From NCBI GenBank assembly GCA_965249025.1, contig OZ252215.1, positions 306,850 through 370,849 of the forward strand: DNA of 64,000 nucleotides, in the 5' to 3' direction. Every line of letters begins with the position of its first letter. The stretch's first letter is position 1. Shown here in pieces: positions 1 through 10,694 of this stretch. The DNA is from Dehalococcoidia bacterium (GTDB lineage Bacteria; Chloroflexota; Dehalococcoidia; Lucifugimonadales; CAYTFF01). The notes under the pieces were generated by a model. It made no database searches and was not told the DNA's origin. It saw only the letters and a program-made list of their open reading frames with translations. The position numbers and the translations under genes were made by a program.

Positions 1-246
1 GTGCCGCCAGGTGCCCGACACAAAATGGCATACTCCACGCGTTCGGATAAATACTATTATTTAATGGAAGGGCGGCTTCAGTTCACGGTGGACGGCGAGG
101 AGTATCAGTTGAATCCAGGCGATTTCTGCTTGGTTAAATGTGGTCAGCAGTTCGGGTATGAGAACAAAGACTCGCAGTCTGTTATTCTTTTCCTGGTACA
201 CACACCGAGCTTCGACATAGATGCGGAAGTCTTTGTTGAGCAGTAA
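1..246 (+). CDS. Cupin domain protein (5'-truncated by window edge)
   Basis: YYYLMEGRLQFTVDGEEYQLNPGDFCLV cupin motif spacing. Confidence 0.75.
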   Translation: MPPGARHKMAYSTRSDKYYYLMEGRLQFTVDGEEYQLNPGDFCLVKCGQQFGYENKDSQSVILFLVHTPSFDIDAEVFVEQ

Positions 247-278
247 AATAGCAGGCCTGTTGTGATAATATCTAACGC

Positions 279-1586
279 ATGACCCCTTCCGACGAAGCTT
301 CTCCTAAATCGACACCCGCCCCAAGGAAAGGCTTCCAGATACAGACCTTTTCATCTCTTCGTTATCCTAATTTCCGTCTCCTTTGGGGCGGAACATTGCT
401 TATGAGCGCCGGAAACTGGGTTCAGCAGGTCACCCTTGGCTGGCTCATGTTCGATATGACCCATAATGCCTTATTAGTGGGGTCTCTGCTAGGGGTACGG
501 GCTTTGCCATTTCTAATTTCGGCGCCCATCGCTGGCGTAATTGCAGACCGGATGGACCGGCGAAAGCTGCTGATGTTCGATCAGTTCTTCGTCGGTGTGG
601 TTGCCTTGATATTCGCAATAGTAGTAGTCATGAACCTGACGCAGGTGTGGCACCTCTTTGTTTTTACCTTTTTGAGCGGAGCAGGCTGGGCCTTTAACAA
701 CCCTGTGCGTCAGGCTCTGGTGGCCAACTCCGTGCCCAGGCAAGGACTGATGAACGCCATTGCCGTTAATTCGATGGGGTTCAATATCAACCGTGTCCTG
801 GGACCAGCGATAGGTGGTGCGCTCATTGCCTTATTTGGCCCTGCCACCAACTTTTTCATCCAAGCGGCGTGCTTTTGGGGCGTGATCTTGCTGGTGATTC
901 CAATGAAGATCCCTCAGCGGGTGTACGCTGCCAGCAGGCGAGAGCCTGTGCTCTCTAACTTCGTAGAGGGTCTCAAGTACGTCTCCAAGGAGCAGACGCT
1001 CCTTGGCCTTATATTGATGGCTTTTATTCCAGCTACCTTTCTTATGCCATTCGTCACAGGGATAATGCCTGTCTTCTCCGAAGAGGTGCTTCACGCTGGC
1101 CCACAGGGCTTAGGATTATTGCTGTCGGCGCTGGGCGTTGGAGGTCTGCTGGGGGCCTTTATGCTGGCCACCTTCAGCAACGTTCGAAGGAGAGGATTGC
1201 TGCTTATAGTGGCCGCCACGTCGGCGGGGTTCATGATGATTGTATTCTCTCAGACCTCCTGGATGCCGCTGTCCTTGATGTCCTTAGTCTTCCTGGGAGC
1301 AGTCCATATGTCCTATATGACCACTAACAATACCCTAATCCAGACGATAACGCCTGACCAGTTCCGAGGCCGTGTCATGGGTATCTACATGCTCAACTTT
1401 GGTATGAGGCCCCTGGGCGGTCTCGTAGCGGGCGCTATCGCGCAGTTCTATGGGAGCCCCACTGCGATTCTCATTGGGGGGATCATCACCATCGTGTTAA
1501 TTGTATTGTTTAGCCTTAGGTTCAAGGCGGTGCGTCGTGCGGGCGAGCCAGCGCAGGTGTCGAAGGTTACCGATGAAGGGGTGTAA
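279..1586 (+). CDS. MFS transporter (MFS_3/DUF894-like)
   Basis: ~12 hydrophobic segments; FSSLRYPNFRLLW N-terminus; GVIADRMDRR motif A. Confidence 0.9.
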   Translation: MTPSDEASPKSTPAPRKGFQIQTFSSLRYPNFRLLWGGTLLMSAGNWVQQVTLGWLMFDMTHNALLVGSLLGVRALPFLISAPIAGVIADRMDRRKLLMFDQFFVGVVALIFAIVVVMNLTQVWHLFVFTFLSGAGWAFNNPVRQALVANSVPRQGLMNAIAVNSMGFNINRVLGPAIGGALIALFGPATNFFIQAACFWGVILLVIPMKIPQRVYAASRREPVLSNFVEGLKYVSKEQTLLGLILMAFIPATFLMPFVTGIMPVFSEEVLHAGPQGLGLLLSALGVGGLLGAFMLATFSNVRRRGLLLIVAATSAGFMMIVFSQTSWMPLSLMSLVFLGAVHMSYMTTNNTLIQTITPDQFRGRVMGIYMLNFGMRPLGGLVAGAIAQFYGSPTAILIGGIITIVLIVLFSLRFKAVRRAGEPAQVSKVTDEGV

Positions 1587-1617
1587 GAAGCATCAGGGGT
1601 AATGTAGGGTGTCTACG

Positions 1618-2175
1618 TTAGGCGGATACCTGTTTCTTGAGTCTGCTGAAATATGACTTCCGTAGCTTGGCTACTTTTGGAGCGATTATCATCCTGCAGT
1701 AAGACAGGCTTGAGTTCTGTCGGTAGTAGCCCTGGTGGTAGTCCTCTGCCTGATAAAACCGGGCAGGGGGCTGGAGTTCAGTAACGATTGGCTTACTCCA
1801 AACGCCAGTTTCTTCCAGTTTCTTTATCATCTGTTCGGCGATGTCTCTCTGCTCCGGGCTGTGATGGAAAATTGCGGAGCGATACTGGGTGCCTACATCT
1901 GGCCCTTGACGGTTCAATGTGGTGGGGTCATGCACTACAAAGAAGATGTCAAGAAGTTCCTTGAAAGAGATTGCGTCTGGATCGAAGGTGATTTGCACGA
2001 CTTCTGCATGTCCGGTGGCGCCTGTGCAGACCTGCTCGTAAGAGGGATTGTGCACGGTCCCGCCGGAGTAGCCCGATACGACCTGCCTCACGCCCTCTAA
2101 TTGTTCGAATACTGCCTCAATACACCAGAAGCATCCTCCTGCCAAGGTTGCTATGTCAAGTTGGTTGTCACTCAT
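1618..2175 (-). CDS. msrA: Peptide-methionine (S)-S-oxide reductase
   Basis: GGCFWC, TGHAEVV, QYRSAIF and AEDYHQGY motifs. Confidence 0.95.
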   Translation of the reverse strand: MSDNQLDIATLAGGCFWCIEAVFEQLEGVRQVVSGYSGGTVHNPSYEQVCTGATGHAEVVQITFDPDAISFKELLDIFFVVHDPTTLNRQGPDVGTQYRSAIFHHSPEQRDIAEQMIKKLEETGVWSKPIVTELQPPARFYQAEDYHQGYYRQNSSLSYCRMIIAPKVAKLRKSYFSRLKKQVSA

Positions 2176-2352
2176 AACTAATGCCCTCCTCGCTTCTCAG
2201 TATACCAGTTGTCGGGGGACGAACAACAAAGGCCATTGATTGATTTGGCTTTTCTGAACCTTGGGGTTGCGTTTTCCCAATGGATCATATGGAGCACTTA
2301 TTTAGTAGCTTTGAGGTGCCACTCGAAATGTGTTAGTGGGACTACGTTCGCC

Positions 2353-3246
2353 TTACTTAGCTCTCGCCTCTATGCCTGCTAGCTTTTCGTAAACACGTAC
2401 CAGGGCCTGGGTGCCTTCGTCGCCTCGGCCGTCGGCTTCTAAAGACGCGTACAGTTGGTGGACGAAGCTGGAAGAGGGAACGGGTATGTTCAAGTCACGG
2501 GCCATTTCCAGAATAAGGCGCAGGTCTTTCTGCTGCAGTTTCACCATGAAGCCTGGGGCAAAGTCGCCTTTGATGGCGCGGGTGCCCAGATTGGACAGTT
2601 GCCAGGAGCCGGCGGCGCCACCTGAGACGGCCTCGATAGTCGTTTCCAGGTCTGCCCCGGCCTTGGCGGCAAAGACCAGTGCCTCTGCGACGGCGTTCAT
2701 GGTGTTGGATACCAGGACCTGATTTATCAGCTTGGTGGTCTGGCCCATGCCGCTGGGGCCTGTGTAGGTTATATTTTTGCCCATGCCCTGGAACACAGGA
2801 AGGCATCGGTCGAAAATATCTTTCTCTCCTCCGACCATGATGGTTAGTGTGCCGCTTATCGCACCCCAGAGTCCGCCGCTGACCGGGGCGTCCAGCATGT
2901 GCGCACCCTTTTCCTTTAGCCTGGCCGCGATCTCCCTAGTGACCTTCGGCGAGATGGTGCTCATGTCTATTACAACCGCATTCCGATTCACGCCCTCGAT
3001 GACGCCATTACTTCCAAGAACCACATCCTCCACGTCAGGGGAGTCGGTCACCATTATTATGGTGATGTCTGAATTCTCAGCCACTTCTTTTGGAGATGAC
3101 GCCGCCTTTGCGCCCTCCTTTACAACCTCGTCTGTCTTGGAGCGAGTGCGATTGTAGACGGTCAGTTCGAATCCAGCCTTGAGCAGGTTCTTGGACATTG
3201 GGTTGCCCATGATCCCAAGTCCGACGAATCCAACTTTTTGAGTCAA
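2353..3246 (-). CDS. NAD(P)-dependent beta-hydroxyacid dehydrogenase (tartronate semialdehyde reductase/3-hydroxyisobutyrate DH family)
   Basis: GFVGLGIMG, DAPVSGG, catalytic K in TKLINQ; TTG start at 3246 preceded by AAGGAG. Confidence 0.9.
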   Translation of the reverse strand: MTQKVGFVGLGIMGNPMSKNLLKAGFELTVYNRTRSKTDEVVKEGAKAASSPKEVAENSDITIIMVTDSPDVEDVVLGSNGVIEGVNRNAVVIDMSTISPKVTREIAARLKEKGAHMLDAPVSGGLWGAISGTLTIMVGGEKDIFDRCLPVFQGMGKNITYTGPSGMGQTTKLINQVLVSNTMNAVAEALVFAAKAGADLETTIEAVSGGAAGSWQLSNLGTRAIKGDFAPGFMVKLQQKDLRLILEMARDLNIPVPSSSFVHQLYASLEADGRGDEGTQALVRVYEKLAGIEARAK

Positions 3247-3333
3247 TGGATGCTCCTTTCGGTCTTTCTTATTCAAGGTAAAGGCAGAATGTCATTTGTC
3301 CCACCCTTACCCGCCCTGATACGTAAATCTCAG

Positions 3334-3390
3334 GGGCACATCCCCTGAAACCCCTGCCAAAAGGGGACACCCCTTCTGGACTTCCCCGAG
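3334..3390. repeat. Intergenic GGGGNCACCCC-type palindromic repeat
   Basis: ggggcacatcccc and ggggacacccc hairpins, similar to the core of the MITE at 26330/41764/55121. Confidence 0.45.
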
Positions 3391-3449
3391 ATACTCTGTG
3401 TTGCCTTCCGAACATCGCAACTTGAATAGTCAACGAAGTATGCGAGTGG

Positions 3450-4211
3450 CTATCCTTTGATCCCTCGGATGTATTCTTGGGCCGCGCGACTCATCAGGCT
3501 GCTGGCGTTGGCGCAGATGTACTGGAACCCCTCGGACTTCCACTCCATGAAGCCTTTCGGGTCTCTGGCGAGGACTCCTGCGGCCTTGCCTGCCGCTGTG
3601 ACCTGCCTGCCGCACCTTTCGATTAGCTCTACCACCTTGGGGTTGGTGATGTCGCCAGGCATTCCCATGGACGACGACAGGTCTGTGGGGCCAAAGAACA
3701 CCACATCTACATCGTCTACTGTTAGAATGTCGTTCAAGCTCTCTACTGCCTGTAGAGTCTCTATCTGAATCACGACTAGCATCTCTTCGTTGGCTATTTT
3801 CACATAGTCACCTAATGGCATGGTCAGACCGTAATTGGAGGCCCTGGTGGGCGCTAGTCCTCTATTTCCGATGGGCGGATACTTCGTGGATTTCACTACG
3901 TTCAAGGCATCTTCCCTGGTGTTGACAAGCGGAATCTGAATGCCCATGCTCCCAGCGTCCATAAAGCGAAGGATGTGCTGCTGTAGGTTGAGTCCAACCC
4001 GCGTGATGGGCGTGATCCCTGAGGCGTCGGCGGCTCGTATCATGTGCTCACAGGTCTCGTAGTCTGAGATCCCGTGTTCTGCGTCTACTATCACGAAATC
4101 GAACCCCGCATAGCTCAGAATCTCCACAACCATAGGCGATGGTATGCTGCAGAATAGCCCAACTACGGCTTCGCCTTTCTTGATTTTCTCTTTAACTACG
4201 TTCTTGTACAC
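3450..4211 (-). CDS. HpcH/HpaI aldolase family protein
   Basis: VDAEHG, KYPPIGNRG, IQIET, FFGPTDLS motifs. Confidence 0.9.
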   Translation of the reverse strand: MYKNVVKEKIKKGEAVVGLFCSIPSPMVVEILSYAGFDFVIVDAEHGISDYETCEHMIRAADASGITPITRVGLNLQQHILRFMDAGSMGIQIPLVNTREDALNVVKSTKYPPIGNRGLAPTRASNYGLTMPLGDYVKIANEEMLVVIQIETLQAVESLNDILTVDDVDVVFFGPTDLSSSMGMPGDITNPKVVELIERCGRQVTAAGKAAGVLARDPKGFMEWKSEGFQYICANASSLMSRAAQEYIRGIKG

Positions 4212-4963
4212 CTTTCCTCCTTAGTGCCAGTGCCGATTGCCAGAGCCAATGGTATTACGAAGCCGAGGTTCTGGTCAAACAAAGGCGTCTCTTTCATGAC
4301 TTCTTTTATGAAAATGCCAGTCGTTGATGGTGGGATGGAGTGCCTTGGATCAAGGAGGGCTAGAACACACGTAGGGCCAGCGTTATTCAAAGGTGTAGGC
4401 AATATTAGTAGTACACAATCTCTAAATAAGTGACATCAAGAACAGCATCTTAGTATGCGACGTAAAGCATAGCATATTACTATCCATACGCCGAATATGC
4501 TAAGTGACCCTAGCCTGTTGAGCTTGACATGATTTAAGCCCTGTTATAGCCTAGCAAAGAATTAGACGCCGGGGTTCGGCGCTGGTGGTCATAATCGCCG
4601 GCCGAATGGATCCCAGTAAGTGGTACTACCCAGTGCCTAGAAGACACGAGGGGAGGCCCACCGATGGGCCAAGGTATTGTAACAGACGATGTTGGCAATA
4701 GTTCTAAGGAATCGGTAAGCACAGCTTTTTGCCTCGGTTCTTGCATTCTCTCGACGCTTCGCATGAGTCAAGTGCCCTACTTCATTGAGTCCACACCTTC
4801 GACTCTTCCCTATCATTGTTTGTAAGAAATAGATGGCATTTAGAGAAAATACGATACCAGAGATTACAAGTATGCGATATTTGCCGTTTGAGCGTCTAAT
4901 GCTCTTCTTCTGGTTCTGACGCTAAATAGAGTGGACTAAGAGGGAAAGGAGGAACATAGAGAG

Positions 4964-5860
4964 ATGCTTGATTTTCCCGAAGCCTGGATCATCGGGCGAG
5001 ACCTTTCACGTTGGGTGGATAATGTGGTGGACTGGATGCTAGAAAACTGGGACCCCTTTTTCGATGCCATCAACACTGCTGTTCTGTGGGTATTAGTACC
5101 AATGGAGCGCTTCCTGATGGGCGAGCCCACCTATTTCTGGCTACCCTCGTGGCTGGTGCTGCCTTGGTGGCTAGTGGTGATGGTAACCGGATTCCTGGCC
5201 TGGCTGGTAGTGGGAAGAGTGCTAGCGTCGGTTGCTGTAGCCTTGCTGGTGGTGATGGCTGTCCTAGGGCTGATGGACTTGGCAATGCAGACCCTGGCCA
5301 TAGTCATTACCGCCACCCTAATTGCCGTGGGAATCGGCCTTCCCGTGGGTATTCTGGGAGCAAAAAGTGACCGGTTTGACGGGGCTATTCGCCCCATCCT
5401 GGACGCAATGCAGACTATGCCCATCTTCGTCTACCTGATCCCGGCCGTGATGCTGTTCGGCCTGGGAAAGACGCCCGCGGTGATGGCTACGGTCATCTAC
5501 GCCATTCCCCCTTTGATCCGCCTGACCAACCTGGGAATCCGGCAAGTAGACCCTGAGGTGGTAGAGGCGGCGCGAGCCTTTGGGTCCACTCCGGGCCAGC
5601 TACTGGTCAAGGTTCAGCTACCCATGGCGCTACCTACCATCATGGCCGGCGTCAACCAAACCGTCATGATGGCCTTGGCTATGGTGGTCATAGCCTCTAT
5701 GATTGGGGCTAAAGGGTTGGGCACTGAAGTCCTGAACGGCATAGCACGCCTGGAAGTGGGTAGAGGTTTCCTGGGAGGACTTGGCATAGTCATCCTGGCT
5801 ATTATCATAGACCGCATTAGCCAGGGCTTCTCCAAAACTCGCCGGGCCAAGGCTGCATAG
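4964..5860 (+). CDS. proW: Glycine betaine/proline ABC transporter permease
   Basis: PILDAMQTMPIFVYLIP and EAARAFG EAA motif. Confidence 0.9.
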   Translation: MLDFPEAWIIGRDLSRWVDNVVDWMLENWDPFFDAINTAVLWVLVPMERFLMGEPTYFWLPSWLVLPWWLVVMVTGFLAWLVVGRVLASVAVALLVVMAVLGLMDLAMQTLAIVITATLIAVGIGLPVGILGAKSDRFDGAIRPILDAMQTMPIFVYLIPAVMLFGLGKTPAVMATVIYAIPPLIRLTNLGIRQVDPEVVEAARAFGSTPGQLLVKVQLPMALPTIMAGVNQTVMMALAMVVIASMIGAKGLGTEVLNGIARLEVGRGFLGGLGIVILAIIIDRISQGFSKTRRAKAA

Positions 5861-5991
5861 GGAGGTATGATGCTAAAGGCGTACTGGTATTGTTGTCTAA
5901 CTCTGGCTATGGCATGGCCTTGAGAAAAGACCGGAAGTTGGTTCACCGAGGAAAAGATATAGCTTAAGAATGGAATTAGGAGGTATATATT

Positions 5992-7026
5992 ATGAAGATC
6001 TTTTTACACCATTGGAAATGGACAGGCGTACTCTTTGTTGCCTTAACTGTCCTCTTGCTGACAGTTGCTTGCGGCGAAGAGGAGAAGCCTACTCTGAGGC
6101 TCGCCGATACCCAGTTCGAGTCGCTCTGGATCAATAACGCAGTTGCCCAGTTCATCATTGAGAACGGCTACGGATACCCGACGGAAACTATTGAGACAAC
6201 TACACCCATAGCTCAGGCGACCCTGGCCAACGGTGAAATTGACATCTGGATGGAGTTGTGGCAACAGAACTGGATAGATAACTATAACGAGGAGACCGCC
6301 AAAGGAAACATCATTAACACCGGTATGACCTACGAGGGCGGGCCCCAGTTCTGGGTCGTCCCCAAATACACGGCTGATGAGCATAACCTTAGAACAGTTG
6401 ATGACTTGAAGGACCCCCAAATCGCTAAGCTGTTTCAGGATCCGGAAGACTCTAGTAAAGGAGGCTTCATTAACTGCCCTATTGGCTGGCAGTGCGAGGC
6501 GATCAACGAGGCCAAATTTGAGGCCTATGGCCTGGATCAATACTACAACGTCATAACTCCAGGAAGCGCAGGAGCGCTAGACGCTGCTCTGGCTGGCCCA
6601 CAGAAGAAGCAAGAGCCAGTCTTTGGCTACTACTGGGCACCGACAGCTTTAATGGGACTGTTCGAATGGCAAGTCCTGGAGGAGCCTTCTTACTCCAACG
6701 AGTGTTGGGAAGAGGTTGCCAAGGGCCAGGATGACAGATCCTACACACCCAAGCAGGCATGCGCCTATGAGACCTTGCCTATTGACAAGGGGGTCACCAA
6801 GACCCTTCCTGATAGGGCCTCTGATGTGTATGAGATGCTGAAGAAGATGGTGGTGGGACTGGATGCCATCAATAAGACCGCTGCATGGTCCAACGAGAAT
6901 GATGTACAGGACTACAGCAAGGCAGCTGTCTACTATCTACAGAACTTCGAAGACAGATGGACGACCTGGATGCCCAGTGACAAGGTTAAGAAGGTGAAGG
7001 AGGCTCTCGCTAAGTCAGCTCAGTAG
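5992..7026 (+). CDS. proX: Glycine betaine/proline ABC transporter substrate-binding lipoprotein
   Basis: Lipobox TVAC; CPIGWQC and GYYWAPT motifs of OpuAC/ProX. Confidence 0.85.
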   Translation: MKIFLHHWKWTGVLFVALTVLLLTVACGEEEKPTLRLADTQFESLWINNAVAQFIIENGYGYPTETIETTTPIAQATLANGEIDIWMELWQQNWIDNYNEETAKGNIINTGMTYEGGPQFWVVPKYTADEHNLRTVDDLKDPQIAKLFQDPEDSSKGGFINCPIGWQCEAINEAKFEAYGLDQYYNVITPGSAGALDAALAGPQKKQEPVFGYYWAPTALMGLFEWQVLEEPSYSNECWEEVAKGQDDRSYTPKQACAYETLPIDKGVTKTLPDRASDVYEMLKKMVVGLDAINKTAAWSNENDVQDYSKAAVYYLQNFEDRWTTWMPSDKVKKVKEALAKSAQ

Positions 7027-7056
7027 TCGTTCAACTGGTCCATGGACGGCATAAGA

Positions 7057-7089
7057 TGAAGAGGGCGACTACTAAAGTCGCCCCCTTCA
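7057..7089. terminator. Hairpin between convergent proX and proV (likely terminator)
   Basis: tgaagagggcgact-actaa-agtcgcccccttca inverted repeat. Confidence 0.7.
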
Positions 7090-7189
7090 GTCTTTGTAGA
7101 ATTTCCGTTTGAGTTTTCCCCTAACGCTCCGGACATGGTCACCCGCCAGAGCGATTATCAAAACAATGGAGAGCTAAATGTCGTGCTTC

Positions 7190-8452
7190 CTATTGCTCGC
7201 TGGGACGCGCTAGGGAGACATCAGAATGCTCTCCATTCTCATCGGTGGCATCTCTGCTTGCTGCGATGGTGGTCAGGATTGCAGCTCGATGGACTTCTCC
7301 TATAAGGCGGCCGCTTTCGTCGACAACTGCGATGGGATAGTCGTATGCGGCTGCCAAGGGCACCAATTCCTCCACTAAAGTATCAGAAGCCACCTTGGGT
7401 GGTTGACTAACCGCGCTCTTCAATGTGCTGTCGCCCCGTCGCAACGCATTAGCAGCCTCATCCAGAGTCAGGAAGCCTATAAGCTGTCGATTGCGTCCCA
7501 GCACAAAGGCTTCGTCCACGTCATTTGTCTGCATAACGTGCATAGCCGCCCGCGGCCCTTGCCATTCGTACACTATCACTTCTGGCTGCTGCATGATGTT
7601 GGCCGCTCCAAGGACCTTCGCTTTGGAGATGTCCCTCACGAACTCGCTGACGTACGCGTCGGCTGGCACCGTGACGATCTCTTCTGCCGAGCCCATCTGT
7701 ATGATTTCGCCATCGCGCATGATAGCAATGTAGTCTCCCAACTTCAGGGCTTCATTTAGATCGTGGGTGATGAACACGATGGTTTTCTGTACTTGAGCTT
7801 GAAGATTGAGCAACTCATCCTGCATCTCTCTACGAATCAAAGGGTCTAATCCGCTGAATGGTTCATCCATTAACAGGATCTCCGGGTCTAAGGCGAGAGC
7901 TCGTGCGATGCCGACCCGCTGCTGCATACCCCCGCTCAGTTCATCAGGGTAGGACTCTTCCCAACCTACCAATCCAACCGTTTCCAGTACTTCCATCGCC
8001 TTCTCGTTGCGATCTGCCTTCGCTATCCCCTGCACCTCCAAACCGAAGGCCACATTGTCTAGCACATTCTTATGTGGCAGGAGACCGTAGTGCTGAAATA
8101 TCATTCCAACCTTTCCTCTACGCAATTGGATCAGCTGTCGGTCATCGTATTCTACGATGTTCTCGTTGTCTATCTCAATAACACCACGAGTAGGTTCCAT
8201 TAGCCTGATTAGGCATCGGATCAGGGTAGACTTTCCAGATCCAGATAATCCCATTACTACAAAGACCTCGCCTACTCGGACTTCGAAGGAGACGTCTCTA
8301 ACGGCTATCACATGGCCCGTGCGCTCTTGGATTTCTTTCCTTGATGCGCTTGTGACCCATTCCTGTTCCAGTATCGAATGGGATTGAGGTCCGAATATCT
8401 TCCAGAGATTGCGAACAGAGATACGAACATCGCGGGATTTCTGTATGGTCAT
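7190..8452 (-). CDS. proV: Glycine betaine/proline ABC transporter ATPase with CBS domains
   Basis: [10 protein letters not shown] Walker [18 protein letters not shown]; C-terminal CBS pair. Confidence 0.93.
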   Translation of the reverse strand: MTIQKSRDVRISVRNLWKIFGPQSHSILEQEWVTSASRKEIQERTGHVIAVRDVSFEVRVGEVFVVMGLSGSGKSTLIRCLIRLMEPTRGVIEIDNENIVEYDDRQLIQLRRGKVGMIFQHYGLLPHKNVLDNVAFGLEVQGIAKADRNEKAMEVLETVGLVGWEESYPDELSGGMQQRVGIARALALDPEILLMDEPFSGLDPLIRREMQDELLNLQAQVQKTIVFITHDLNEALKLGDYIAIMRDGEIIQMGSAEEIVTVPADAYVSEFVRDISKAKVLGAANIMQQPEVIVYEWQGPRAAMHVMQTNDVDEAFVLGRNRQLIGFLTLDEAANALRRGDSTLKSAVSQPPKVASDTLVEELVPLAAAYDYPIAVVDESGRLIGEVHRAAILTTIAASRDATDENGEHSDVSLARPSEQ

Positions 8453-8801
8453 GATTTACCTCCTGTCGGCTTTGGCCCTAAGCTCTGTCAAAGTACATCT
8501 CATGTGAGTTGAATGGGCGCCGAATTGAGAGAGGCCGTTGCGAAACATAAGTCGTGAGATAGGCACAGTAGCTTCCGTCTAGGGTCTCCCTCCATAACAT
8601 ATTCTCTGACATCGACTCCATCAGGTGGAGCGACGAGAGTTTTGGGAGGATGGGGACACCTTACCTAACGGAGGCATTCCTGTCAAGGCAGGGACTTTCA
8701 TTATCCAAGAGCCCAATGGATTGATAGCTACTATACACAATCGTATGGCTGAGATTCTGCCTGGCGAAAGGCTCTGGGCGATTTCTAGGTTTCGGGTTTT
8801 T

Positions 8802-8829
8802 TTGAGCAACGTCACCTTTGTGATATACT
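8802..8829 (+). promoter_or_regulatory. Putative sigma70 promoter for LLM gene, with TCAC-N4-GTGA palindrome in spacer
   Basis: TTGAGC-16nt-TATACT. Confidence 0.45.
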
Positions 8830-8875
8830 TCTGGCGGTAATTCCAGCGTCCATTTTGTATTAGGAAGGACATAGC

Positions 8876-9871
8876 ATGAAATTTGGGATAGGCATTCCTA
8901 CGTGTCGGGAAGGGCTAAACCATCCGGCCCCCTTTGCCGGGCCCGATGAGATTGTGAAGCTGGCGCAAATGGCGGAGCGGTTGGGGTATTACGCCGTATG
9001 GGGAAACGACCATATGGTGCCGCCTCCGGATGCCTTGACCAGATACCCCAAGCCACCTAACTTCTACGAAGCCCTTATATCCCTGTCATACGTCTCCAGA
9101 CATACAGAACGAATCAAGCTAGGGACAGGGGTCGTAGTGATTCCATTGAGAGACCCGGTTTTACTAGCTAAACAGGCGGCCACCTTAGACCAATTCAGTG
9201 GCGGAAGGTTCATGCTGGGCGTGGGGCTGGGAAGCCTTCGCTACGAGTTCGAGGCACTATACCCCAATCGGAAGGACGTGCGCCGAGGCGATGTGCTTAA
9301 CGAGGGACTAGAGGCCCTGAAGCTACTCCTTACCCAAAAGGTGGCCTCTTTCAGGGGCCAGCATTATGAGTTCCAAGACATCTGCATTACCCCTAAACCT
9401 CTACAGAATCCGCTTCCGGTCTACATCTCTGGCAACAACCAGGAGGTGCCCAAACGTGTCGCTCGCTGGTGCACCGGTTGGCTGGTCGGCTCAATAACAG
9501 GGGACGCCATTAGGGAAAGATGGAATATGCTGATTCCGGCTTTGGAGGAGGTAGGTAGAGATCCGTCGGATGTAGATATGGGCACCATAACAACGCTTTC
9601 TATCGGCAGGACCCATGAGGAGGCTGTGGAAAGGCATAAGTTGGCCGCTATTCCTAGAACGAGGAGTGGTAGCGTAGCAAAGGCTGCTACGGGAAACCGA
9701 GGCTACCACTTCCTATTAGGCAGTCCCTCCGAGCTTATAGAGCAGATCGCTGAGATGGAGGAGGCTGGACTTACCCAGTGCATTGCACAAAACGTCGCCG
9801 TGAACACCTTTGAGGAGATGGAGGAGATGGTGCAGATGTTCGGCGAGGAGGTGATACCAGCCTTCAAGTAA
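8876..9871 (+). CDS. LLM class flavin/F420-dependent oxidoreductase
   Basis: MKFGIG start, WGNDH, IKLGTGV..P.RDPVLLAKQAATLD..SGGR. Confidence 0.92.
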   Translation: MKFGIGIPTCREGLNHPAPFAGPDEIVKLAQMAERLGYYAVWGNDHMVPPPDALTRYPKPPNFYEALISLSYVSRHTERIKLGTGVVVIPLRDPVLLAKQAATLDQFSGGRFMLGVGLGSLRYEFEALYPNRKDVRRGDVLNEGLEALKLLLTQKVASFRGQHYEFQDICITPKPLQNPLPVYISGNNQEVPKRVARWCTGWLVGSITGDAIRERWNMLIPALEEVGRDPSDVDMGTITTLSIGRTHEEAVERHKLAAIPRTRSGSVAKAATGNRGYHFLLGSPSELIEQIAEMEEAGLTQCIAQNVAVNTFEEMEEMVQMFGEEVIPAFK

Positions 9872-9971
9872 AATTGGGCTGTTTTATTACCTGACTCGAT
9901 TGTTGTATACTGCCCTTAATTTCGTAAATACTCGATGCCGATACGGGTCATTGGGGGAAGGAGTATTACTT

Positions 9972-10676
9972 ATGACTAGGTCGTGGGATCATCTTTTGAC
10001 AGACCAAGACAGGCAGGTGTTCCAGAACTATGAAGAGAAGGCCGCCAGCAGGGGCTTTGGCACACGACCTGCCATTATTGTCGTAGACGTCAACTACTAC
10101 TTTGTAAGTGACAGGCCGGAGCCTATTCTTGATTCCATAAAGCGGTTCCCCATGAGCTGCGGGTTGGAGGGCTGGGAAGGGGTCCGAAACTTGGCCTCGC
10201 TGCTGCCTGCTGCCAGGGAGGTGGGTATACCCGTCATATACACCACAGGCGGGCTTAAGAAGATATCCAAGGGGGACAATCATGGCACCAGGGTAGACGT
10301 GGAGTTTGGCAACACGATTCCCACCGAGATAGCGCCGCAAGATGAGGACCTTATCGTCTACAAGGATGCCCCCAGCGGTTTCTTCGGCACCTCGTTAGTC
10401 AGCTACCTGAGGGCATTGGACGTGGACACGACGCTAATATGCGGCACAACCACCAGTGGGTGTGTCCGGGCGACCGTCATAGATGCCTTCTCATTTAACT
10501 TCAAGGTAGGAATCATTGAGGAGTGCACCTTCGATAGGGCGCACTTTACCCACATAGTGAATCTCTTCGATATGCACGCTAAGTACGGCACCCTGGTCTC
10601 CGTCGACGAAGTAAAGGAGTACTTAGCGGGTCTGCGGTCTGACAAAAAAGCAACCTTTGCAGCAGCCCATATTTAG
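9972..10676 (+). CDS. Isochorismatase-family cysteine hydrolase (maleamate/N-carbamoylsarcosine amidase-like)
   Basis: VVD, K.APSGFFGT, GTTTSGCVRATVIDA triad; ATG 9972 after GAAGGAG. Confidence 0.88.
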   Translation: MTRSWDHLLTDQDRQVFQNYEEKAASRGFGTRPAIIVVDVNYYFVSDRPEPILDSIKRFPMSCGLEGWEGVRNLASLLPAAREVGIPVIYTTGGLKKISKGDNHGTRVDVEFGNTIPTEIAPQDEDLIVYKDAPSGFFGTSLVSYLRALDVDTTLICGTTTSGCVRATVIDAFSFNFKVGIIEECTFDRAHFTHIVNLFDMHAKYGTLVSVDEVKEYLAGLRSDKKATFAAAHI

Positions 10677-10694
10677 CAACAGGGAGGTAATGTT

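Noticed and set aside
4534-4960. c-di-AMP (ydaO) riboswitch upstream of proW
   Set aside because: Could not find the conserved GCUGAAUC/GGGGGAAC/CAGCUAAC motifs
8625-8840. 71-aa ORF between proV and the LLM gene
   Set aside because: No clear RBS or motif; overlaps the predicted promoter
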